From Patescibacteria group bacterium (lineage in GTDB: Bacteria > Patescibacteriota > Patescibacteriia > JAGVFQ01), in the NCBI GenBank assembly GCA_020057505.1, contig JAGVFQ010000032.1, positions 1 to 57,441 of the forward strand: a DNA stretch of 57,441 nucleotides. The letters run 5' to 3'. How positions within the stretch are numbered: the first letter of the stretch is position 1; the number at the start of each line of letters is the position of its first letter. Below are positions 8,796-15,806 of this stretch, in pieces. The notes under the pieces are model-generated. The model was not told where the DNA came from, searched no databases, and saw only the letters and a program-made list of their open reading frames with translations. Made by a program: the position numbers and the translations under genes.

Positions 8796-10403
8796 ATGTC
8801 CCAAACTTTATACCAAAAATATCGGCCGCAGAGCTTCAAAGATGTAGTCAGTCAAAACCACATCAAGATTACTTTGCAGAATGAGATTGAGACAGGCAAA
8901 ACCGCCCATGCTTATCTTTTTTATGGTCCGCGCGGCATTGGCAAGACAACGATGGCGCGGCTTCTCGCCAAGGCGCTTAATTGTGAAAATAGAAAAGAAA
9001 AAGAAAGCGAGCCTTGCAATAAATGTTCTTCTTGTCTCGAGATTACTGCCGGCCGATCCATTGATGTAATTGAGATGGACGCCGCGTCGCAGACCGGCGT
9101 GGACAATGTGCGGGAAAATATCATCCAAAACGCGCGTTTCAGTCCGAGCAAGAGCAAATATAAAGTTTTTATCATCGACGAAGTCCATATGCTTTCTCCC
9201 GCCGCTTTCAACGCCCTCTTGAAAATTATTGAAGAGCCGCCGAAACACGTGATTTTTATTCTCGCGACAACGGAAATCCACAAAGTGCCGGCGACGATTA
9301 TTTCCCGCTGCCAGCGTTTTGATTACAAACGAGCGGGACTTGAAGATATTGTGACGAGCCTCAGCCTGATCATGCAGCAAGAAGGCATCAAAATCGCCAA
9401 AGAAGTCTTGGAAAATATCGCCCGCCATAGCGAGGGTTCGATCCGCGACGCCCAAAGCCTATTAGGACAAGTGCTCGCGCTCGGAGAAAAAGATATTACC
9501 GCGGCTCAAGCTGAATTGATCATCCCGAAATCCAATTTTGATCTCGTGGCGGATTTTGTTGAATATTTGGTTCACAAGAATACCGAAGGCGGCATCAGCC
9601 TGATTAATAAAATGATTGAAGAGGGGGTTGACCTCAACCAATTCAGCGTTGACCTGATAGAATTTTTGCGCAAGATGCTCCTCTACAAAATCAGCGGCGG
9701 TTTGAAAGGTTTTTCTTTTGAATTGGATGAAAATATTGAAAAGAAAATTTCGCAATTGCAAAAAGAATGGGAAGTAAGAAAAATCGCGTCCGTGATCGAG
9801 ATTTTTATTTTAAAAAAGCAAGAGTTGAAATATTCTTCAATTATACAATTGCCTTTGGAATTGGCCGTGGTGGAAATCTGCGCTGATCAGACTATCAATC
9901 CGACGGGTTTCACGGCTGGAGATGAGAAAAAAACTTGGCAGGAATTGAAATCAAAAGTTCTAGGCAAAATTGCCGGCCCAGCCAAGCCAGCGTCGGAAGC
10001 TGAGAAGAAAGAAGAGAGCGTTGCCAAAGACGCGTCCGCGTCAGCCGAAGCCAGTCTGAAGCAAGTGCAGGATAATTGGCTGAAAGTGTTGGAAAAAGTT
10101 GATGAGGCTAATCATTCTTTGATTTTTATTTTGACCATGGCCAAGCCCTTGTCAGTTAACAAAAATGTGCTAGAATTGGGATTCAAGCACAAGTTTCACC
10201 AAGAAATGATTGAAATAAGGAAAAACAAATTTACTTTGGAAAACGCGCTCAAGGAAATTATTGGCATAAAGATTATTGTCGCGGCCAAAGTAGTGCCTGA
10301 TCTGGTTATTGAATCCAGCGCCAAAAAGCCAGAAGAGAGCGCGGGAGTTAATAGTTCGCTGACGGATATTTTGGATGCGTTTGGGGGAAGGGTGGTGGAA
10401 TAA
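8796..10403 (+). CDS. dnaX: DNA polymerase III subunit gamma/tau
   Basis: AAA+ Walker A GPRGIGKTT, zinc module CNKCSSC, and SRCQRF sensor region. Confidence 0.9.
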   Translation: MSQTLYQKYRPQSFKDVVSQNHIKITLQNEIETGKTAHAYLFYGPRGIGKTTMARLLAKALNCENRKEKESEPCNKCSSCLEITAGRSIDVIEMDAASQTGVDNVRENIIQNARFSPSKSKYKVFIIDEVHMLSPAAFNALLKIIEEPPKHVIFILATTEIHKVPATIISRCQRFDYKRAGLEDIVTSLSLIMQQEGIKIAKEVLENIARHSEGSIRDAQSLLGQVLALGEKDITAAQAELIIPKSNFDLVADFVEYLVHKNTEGGISLINKMIEEGVDLNQFSVDLIEFLRKMLLYKISGGLKGFSFELDENIEKKISQLQKEWEVRKIASVIEIFILKKQELKYSSIIQLPLELAVVEICADQTINPTGFTAGDEKKTWQELKSKVLGKIAGPAKPASEAEKKEESVAKDASASAEASLKQVQDNWLKVLEKVDEANHSLIFILTMAKPLSVNKNVLELGFKHKFHQEMIEIRKNKFTLENALKEIIGIKIIVAAKVVPDLVIESSAKKPEESAGVNSSLTDILDAFGGRVVE

Positions 10404-10410
10404 TTTTCGT

Positions 10411-10444
10411 GCCCCCTTGTCAAAGGGGGGTTGGGGGGATTCGT
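10411..10444 (+). repeat. GC-rich repeat, family 2 (contains hairpin CCCCCTT-GTCA-AAGGGGG)
   Basis: gcccccttgtcaaaggggggttggggggattcgt, starting 8 nt after the dnaX stop. Confidence 0.75.
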
Positions 10445-10473
10445 TTTAGTTCCTCGGGGGATGTTCAAAACAG

Positions 10474-10544
10474 TGCGGGATCGTCTAATGGTAGGACAGC
10501 AGACTCTGAATCTGCTTATCGTGGTTCGACCCCACGTCCCGCAG
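10474..10544 (+). tRNA. tRNA-Gln (anticodon CUG), no encoded CCA
   Basis: Hand-folded cloverleaf. Acceptor stem is TGCGGGA/TCCCGCA with the U1-A72 pair typical of bacterial tRNA-Gln. Anticodon stem is GCAGA/TCTGC with loop CTCTGAA. T arm is CGTGG-TTCGACC-CCACG. Variable loop is 4 nt. Confidence 0.9.
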
Positions 10545-10621
10545 TTTGTGAGAAAAAACGCTAATTTTGGGGCGTTTTTTTGTTTGACTTGGCGCGAGTT
10601 AGGGCGTAAAATTAGAGTAAA
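10536..10621 (+). repeat. Direct repeat copy 1: last 9 nt of tRNA-Gln + terminator hairpin + TTGACT-N17-TAAAAT promoter
   Basis: About 86 nt. Nearly identical to 11586..11670; by eye the two differ at 3 substitutions and one 1-nt indel. Confidence 0.85.
10584..10612 (+). promoter_or_regulatory. Sigma70-type promoter (TTGACT, 17-nt spacer, TAAAAT) upstream of the Bro-N gene
   Basis: Hexamers and spacing were counted directly. The promoter follows an AAACGC...GCGTTT hairpin with a T-run. Confidence 0.6.
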
Positions 10622-10682
10622 GTAAAATTGAAGATAAAATTATATGCAAAAAGTTTCGCCCAGTTTTAATTTATAAATACTT

Positions 10683-11537
10683 ATGAGCAAACAATCAAAA
10701 ACCAAAGCGATAGCAATTTTTGAAGGCAAGCAAATCCGCCGTCATTGGGACGAGGAGAAAGAACTGTGGTATTTTTCAGTTGTTGATGTTGTTGGGATTT
10801 TGACAGACAGCATTGATCCAAGAAAGTATTGGAATAAATTAGCTCAAAGGCTTCGTGAGGAAGGCAGTGAGGTGGTGACAAAATGTCACCAACTGAAATT
10901 TATGGCTAAGGACGGCAAATACTATGCTACCGACGCGGCTGATACTGAAACAACGTTCCGCATTATCCAATCCATCCCTTCGCCCAACGCCGAACCCTTT
11001 AAGCTCTGGTTGGCGCGCGTTGGTTATGAAAGAATTGAAGAAACTGAGGATCCGGAAAAAGCGATTCAAAGAGCGCTCACGACTTATCTCAAAAAGGGAT
11101 ATTCAAAAGAATGGGTGGATTTGCGCTTGAAAACCATTGAAATCAGAAAGGACTTAACCAACGAATGGAACGAACGGGGAGTAAAAACAAGCGATGAGTT
11201 TGCGATCCTGACTGATGATATTTCTTTTGCTTGGGCCGGTCTGAAAACCAAAGATTATAAAAAGCACAAAGATTTAAAAAAGGAAAATTTGCGCGATAAT
11301 ATGACGAATCTGGAATTGGTTTTGAATATGCTGGCCGAGACCGCGACAACTGAAATTTCAAAAAAACAAAAACCAGAGACTTTTTCGGAAAATCGGCGAG
11401 TGGCGCAAGAAGGCGGTACCATCGCCGGTAACGCCCGCAAGCAGATTGAAGCCAAGACAGGCAAAAAAGTCATTACAAGTAAAAACGCCAAAAATTTGTC
11501 CGCCGGAAAAACATATCAGGGAATTGAAAAGCGATAA
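10683..11537 (+). CDS. Bro-N domain protein (BRO / antirepressor-like)
   Basis: The N-terminus IAIFEGKQIRRHWDEEKELWYFSVVDVVGIL matches the Bro-N pattern (F..ir...d...wf...Dv..iL). Confidence 0.65.
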   Translation: MSKQSKTKAIAIFEGKQIRRHWDEEKELWYFSVVDVVGILTDSIDPRKYWNKLAQRLREEGSEVVTKCHQLKFMAKDGKYYATDAADTETTFRIIQSIPSPNAEPFKLWLARVGYERIEETEDPEKAIQRALTTYLKKGYSKEWVDLRLKTIEIRKDLTNEWNERGVKTSDEFAILTDDISFAWAGLKTKDYKKHKDLKKENLRDNMTNLELVLNMLAETATTEISKKQKPETFSENRRVAQEGGTIAGNARKQIEAKTGKKVITSKNAKNLSAGKTYQGIEKR

Positions 11538-11585
11538 GAAGAAAATATTGGAATAATCTAGGTTAGTCAGGTCATTCGTCTTGAT

Positions 11586-11670
11586 GTCCCGCAGTTTGTA
11601 AGAAAAACGCTGATTTTGAGGCGTTTTTTTGTTTGACTTGGCGCGAGTTAGGGCGTAAAATTAGAGTAAA
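11586..11670 (+). repeat. Direct repeat copy 2 (tRNA-Gln 3-prime 9 nt + terminator + promoter module)
   Basis: See copy 1. The promoter hexamers TTGACT (11633-11638) and TAAAAT (11656-11661) are retained. Confidence 0.85.
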
Positions 11671-11705
11671 TAAATAAAAAAAATTTATAGTTTTAAAGAA
11701 AAAAT

Positions 11706-11833
11706 ATGGCGCAAGAAATTGTTCCAATTTCATTTAATAAAGATTTTCTGAGCATAAAAAAATCGATGAAAATGCCGTTGAATATTGGCGGGTCCGCGAA
11801 TTAATACCTCTTTTGCAAATTGGCAAAAAGTAG
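11706..11833 (+). pseudogene. Truncated, frameshifted dinD-like fragment
   Basis: MAQEIVPISFNKDFLSIKK, then after a +1 shift inside an A7 run, IDENAVEYWRVRELIPLLQIGKK*. This aligns by eye with the N-terminus of the intact DinD-like gene at 25413 (KNFEDCSHEKNGVEFWYARELQELLGY). Confidence 0.5.
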
Positions 11834-11885
11834 CTGTTTTTTACGATTATAAACTTTAAAATGTATATTTTGAAGCATTAAATGA

Positions 11886-11935
11886 GTAGATTGTTATATT
11901 TTTGGGTAGATTTGGACGGTGCTTGTGTAGATTTG
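11886..11935 (+). promoter_or_regulatory. Three phased direct repeats GTAGATT(T)G (11886, 11906, 11927), a candidate operator array upstream of the HTH-GHKL gene
   Basis: Spacing is 20 and 21 nt, about two helical turns. The third copy overlaps a possible TTGTGT-N17-TAATAT promoter ending only about 8 nt before the ATG at 11959. Confidence 0.45.
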
Positions 11936-11958
11936 AATAGTATGATAATATATCATAT

Positions 11959-12678
11959 ATGGAAGAAAAATTACTTACAATCGGTCAAGCTGCTCTATAT
12001 CTAGGGGTTTCCTTAAATACACTTCGTCGTTGGGACGAAAGCGGTAAATTAGTCGCGATCAAAAAAGAGGGCGGAACCCATCGTTATTACCGCGAAAAGG
12101 ATTTGGAAATTTTTGCGAGCGATCTCTTGAAGTTTGCTTCGGAATGGATAGCAGATGGCGTTGAATTTCCGGGCACATTTTATTGTCCAACCAGTTCGAT
12201 TTTCAATGCTAGGCTGACAAAAATGGAATATGCGCTGATGCAAAAACCCGGGTTTGAAAAATTGTATTCTTTAATTGTTTTAGTTACTGGAGAAATCGGC
12301 GATAATTCATTTGCCCACAACTTGGGAAAGTGGCCGGATACGGCAGGTATTTTTTTTGGTTATGATCTGGAAAAACGAATCATTGTACTGGCTGATCGAG
12401 GGTTGGGAATTCTCGAAACATTACGCCGGGTTCGGCCGGAACTTCCGAACCACGTGGCGGCGGTGGAAGTTGCATTCACGGAATTTATCTCTGGCAGGGC
12501 GCCTGAGAAGCGCGGCAACGGTCTTAAACTCGTCCGTGAGGTTGTTACCGACCAGCCAATTGATTTGTTTTATACCAGCGGCGATGCGGAGGTGCGCATG
12601 AAAGGCCCTGATAAAGTATTTCGTGTTACGCGCGGCGAGCGTATCGTGCGAGGGTGTTTGGCTAAAATAGAATTCTAA
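11959..12678 (+). CDS. MerR/excisionase-type HTH fused to an RsbW/SpoIIAB-like GHKL (histidine-kinase-like) ATPase domain
   Basis: N-terminal HTH is LTIGQAALYLGVSLNTLRRWDESGKL. The C-terminal half has an N-box ExxxNxxxH (EIGDNSFAH), a G1 box DxGxG (DRGLG) and a G2 box GxGL (GNGLKLV). Confidence 0.75.
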   Translation: MEEKLLTIGQAALYLGVSLNTLRRWDESGKLVAIKKEGGTHRYYREKDLEIFASDLLKFASEWIADGVEFPGTFYCPTSSIFNARLTKMEYALMQKPGFEKLYSLIVLVTGEIGDNSFAHNLGKWPDTAGIFFGYDLEKRIIVLADRGLGILETLRRVRPELPNHVAAVEVAFTEFISGRAPEKRGNGLKLVREVVTDQPIDLFYTSGDAEVRMKGPDKVFRVTRGERIVRGCLAKIEF

Positions 12679-12701
12679 TAAATTTTAAGAAGTAAAAATA
12701 T

Positions 12702-12992
12702 ATGAAATTACAACTGGAAAAGTTTGGCAAAACATTAATATCGCGGGAATTGGGCAGTGAGGCTTTCAAGGCGTTTCAGCCGACTTTGCGCGAGTTTTCC
12801 AAAGACGAAGAGCTGGAAATAGATTTTTCCGGCGTATTAACATTATCACCGTCATGGGCTGATGAATTTTTAAGTCCTTTGCTCAATCAATTGGGCGATA
12901 AGCTGATACTCTTGCCGAGCGATAATCTTTCGGTGCAGGCGACACTTAGAATTCTAGAAGAAGCTAATAAACGGAGTTTTAAGATGAAGTAA
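12702..12992 (+). CDS. STAS-like domain protein (DUF4325 type)
   Basis: ISRELGSEAF...LEIDFSGVLTLSPSWADEFLSPLL matches the DUF4325 pattern (DF.gV...s.SfaDEf). It lies 23 nt downstream of the GHKL gene. Confidence 0.7.
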   Translation: MKLQLEKFGKTLISRELGSEAFKAFQPTLREFSKDEELEIDFSGVLTLSPSWADEFLSPLLNQLGDKLILLPSDNLSVQATLRILEEANKRSFKMK

Positions 12993-12996
12993 TTTT

Positions 12997-13098
12997 ATGG
13001 ACTATTCTCAAGAGTATCTAAATACTATTATCAAAAAATATAATACCGGCCAAGCGAAAGAACACGCGCATCGGCCGGCTTGGGAATCGTTAAAGTAA
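12997..13098 (+). CDS. 33-codon ORF between the STAS-like gene and the R-M gene (possible gene remnant or upstream ORF)
   Basis: MDYSQEYLNTIIKKYNTGQAKEHAHRPAWESLK*. It starts 5 nt after the STAS stop and ends 8 nt before the R-M ATG, in a different frame from the R-M gene. Confidence 0.25.
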   Translation: MDYSQEYLNTIIKKYNTGQAKEHAHRPAWESLK

Positions 13099-13106
13099 AT
13101 AATTTT

Positions 13107-15806
13107 ATGCAAGAAGAAGCTAAAGAAAAAATTAAAAACCTTATCGCGAAATACGAAGCGGAAAAAGCCGCGGGGAAGATTGCCAGATATAGCGAAGAAG
13201 AAACCAAAAGAGGTTTTATTGAGCCACTGTTTCAGGCGTTGGGTTGGGATTTTTCAAGTAAAAAAGAAATAACCCTAGAAGAGCAGATTTCCGGCGATCG
13301 CGTGGATTATGGTTTTTATTTGAATGGCCGGATAAAATTTTATTTGGAAGCCAAAAAAATATCAGTTGATTTGTATCGCGAAGATTATGCCAAGCAAGCC
13401 ATCCGTTATTCTTGGAACAAAGGCGTTACTTGGGCTGTGCTCTCCGACTTTGAAGGTTTGATTGTCTTCAACGCTCTATCGCCGGAAAAATCTTTGGCCG
13501 GGAAAAAGTATTTATCTTTTACTTATGAAGAATATCTAACTCGCTTTGACGAGCTGTGGCGTCTGTCGAAAGAAGCCTTTAGCGCTGATCTTTTGGATCA
13601 GGAAGCTGAAAAAGTGGGCAAGAAATTGCAAAAGGTGTCTGTCACTGAAACCTTATCAAATGATTTGAATGAATGCCGAGAAATTTTGACTAAAGCTTTT
13701 TTACAATGGAATGAAAAAGTTGATCCGCATCTTATAGACGAAGGCGTGCAAAAGCTGCTCAATCGACTGATTTTTATCCGTTGCGCCGAAGACCGGAAAA
13801 TTGAACCGCCGACGCTCCTACCCTTGATTCATGAATGGCAATCAAGCGGCAAGGCCGGATCAGTCAGTCCTTATCAGGCCATGATAAAAAAATTTAGAGA
13901 ATTAGACGCCATCTATAATTCCAACTTGTTCAGCGAACATCCGTTTGAAAAATGGGAAGAATTCAGCGGGGCGACGGAAAAGGTGATTGAGATTTTACAC
14001 GGAAAAAAGAATTATTTTGAATATGATTTTTCAGCTATACCCGCCGATGTACTCGGTAATGTCTATGAGAATTATCTTGGCCATCAATTAAAAAAATCCA
14101 AAAAGGCGGAAGATCTGTCGGGCAAGAATCTCAAAAAACGCAAAGAGCAGGGGATATACTATACGCCCAAGTTTATTGTTGATTATATCGTGCAAAATGC
14201 TCTTGGTCCGGTATTGGATAAATGTGAAAGTATAAATGATCTACAGAAAATTAAAATTCTAGATCCGGCTTGCGGCTCGGGCTCATTTTTGGTGGCGGCG
14301 ATGAATTTCTTGATAAAGAAGTATGAAGAATTCGGAGCCAAGCCCGACGGTCTCTTAAAAATTCAGATTTTGCAAAATAATATTTATGGCGTGGATTTGG
14401 ATGAGCAAGCCGTGGAGCTCGCGCGCTTGAATTTGCTTTTGAATACTTTTGACAGCCAAACCAAACTGCCTAATCTGGGCGGGAATATTAAAAATGGCAA
14501 TTCGTTAATTTCCGGCAGTGATGAAGAGCTGGAAAAATATTTTGGGAAAAATTGGCGCGAGAAAAAACCGTTTAATTGGGAAGAGGAATTTCCCGAAGTT
14601 TTCCGACAAGGTGGGTTTGATGTAGTAATCGGCAATCCGCCGTATATACAATCAAGAAATATAAATGATGAGGAAAGGCATTTTTATTGGGATAAATATC
14701 AAACTGATACTAATCATTCCGATATTTATTCTTTTTTCATTGAAAAATCAATTGATCTTTTAAAAAATCAAGGAGCTTTAAGTTTTATTACTCCAAATAC
14801 ATGGTTGCAAACTCCAAGTTTTAAGTCCACAAGAAAAAAGATTTTTGATGAAAGTAAGATACTAAAAATTTTAACTTTTGACACAAATGCAAAAATATTT
14901 GGCGACGCTCAAGTTTCGAATATCGTTTTTGTTATACAAAAAGAAACAAACAAAAAGGTTAGTATGAGTAATTCCATAGAGATAGAAAAAAGTGAAATTG
15001 ATTTTAAAATAAATGCATTAAATAAAATTGAACAAAAAGATATTGATTCAGAGAAAGGATTTAATATTTTTATCAGTCAGGAACCCAAAGATATTATAGA
15101 TAAAATTCTTTCAAATTCTATTGTTTTAGATTCTGTCGGAGAGATTATAGGCGGATTAAGAACGGGTGATGATAAAAAGTTTTTAAAAAATAAATTTGAA
15201 AATCAAAATGATAAAAAGTTGCTTAGAGGAAGAAATGTGAGTCGTTACCATCTAAAATGGAATGGAGAATATGTTTGGTATAAGCCAGAATTGATGAAAG
15301 TAAAACAAGCAGCGGCACCAAAAGAATCAAAAATTTTTGAGACTAAAGAAAAATTATTAGTAAGAATGATAACAGGGGGAGAACTTATCGCCACTTTTGA
15401 TAACGAAGGATTTTATTTCTTACAAGATAATCTTATTTTGCCAAAAGAAAAATATAGCATTAAATATTTATTGGCGATTTTAAATTCAAAATTGTCCGGG
15501 TTTGTAGTTAAAAATTCTGTATCTAATATTGCTATAACACAATCGTTATTAAAAAAATTTCCAATTTATAAAATTGATTTTTCAAAACCAAAAGAAAAAG
15601 AAAAGCATGACGATCTAGTAAAATTGGCCGATAAAATGCTTAAATTAAATAAGGAGCTTCGCAGGCTACCAGAAAATTCCGATAAGTGGAATTCAATAAA
15701 ATCAGAAATAGAAAAGACGAATAAATTGATTGATCAAAAAGTTTATGAATTGTATAATTTAAACGAAAACGAAATTAAAATAGTTGAAAGCTATGACAAA
15801 ATCTAA
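13107..15806 (+). CDS. Type IIG restriction-modification fusion enzyme (PD-(D/E)xK nuclease + gamma-class N6-adenine methyltransferase + specificity region), Eco57I-like architecture
   Basis: N-terminal HsdR_N-like nuclease motif (RVDYGFYLNGRIKFYLEAKK). SAM motif I is ILDPACGSGSFL and catalytic motif IV is GNPPYI. The long K/N/I-rich C-terminal region is a presumed TRD. The ATG at 13107 is preferred over the TTG at 13080. Confidence 0.85.
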   Translation: MQEEAKEKIKNLIAKYEAEKAAGKIARYSEEETKRGFIEPLFQALGWDFSSKKEITLEEQISGDRVDYGFYLNGRIKFYLEAKKISVDLYREDYAKQAIRYSWNKGVTWAVLSDFEGLIVFNALSPEKSLAGKKYLSFTYEEYLTRFDELWRLSKEAFSADLLDQEAEKVGKKLQKVSVTETLSNDLNECREILTKAFLQWNEKVDPHLIDEGVQKLLNRLIFIRCAEDRKIEPPTLLPLIHEWQSSGKAGSVSPYQAMIKKFRELDAIYNSNLFSEHPFEKWEEFSGATEKVIEILHGKKNYFEYDFSAIPADVLGNVYENYLGHQLKKSKKAEDLSGKNLKKRKEQGIYYTPKFIVDYIVQNALGPVLDKCESINDLQKIKILDPACGSGSFLVAAMNFLIKKYEEFGAKPDGLLKIQILQNNIYGVDLDEQAVELARLNLLLNTFDSQTKLPNLGGNIKNGNSLISGSDEELEKYFGKNWREKKPFNWEEEFPEVFRQGGFDVVIGNPPYIQSRNINDEERHFYWDKYQTDTNHSDIYSFFIEKSIDLLKNQGALSFITPNTWLQTPSFKSTRKKIFDESKILKILTFDTNAKIFGDAQVSNIVFVIQKETNKKVSMSNSIEIEKSEIDFKINALNKIEQKDIDSEKGFNIFISQEPKDIIDKILSNSIVLDSVGEIIGGLRTGDDKKFLKNKFENQNDKKLLRGRNVSRYHLKWNGEYVWYKPELMKVKQAAAPKESKIFETKEKLLVRMITGGELIATFDNEGFYFLQDNLILPKEKYSIKYLLAILNSKLSGFVVKNSVSNIAITQSLLKKFPIYKIDFSKPKEKEKHDDLVKLADKMLKLNKELRRLPENSDKWNSIKSEIEKTNKLIDQKVYELYNLNENEIKIVESYDKI

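Noticed and set aside
10431-10625. 64-aa ORF overlapping tRNA-Gln and the terminator/promoter module.
   Set aside because: It reads straight through a well-folded tRNA and a repeat element, so it is spurious.
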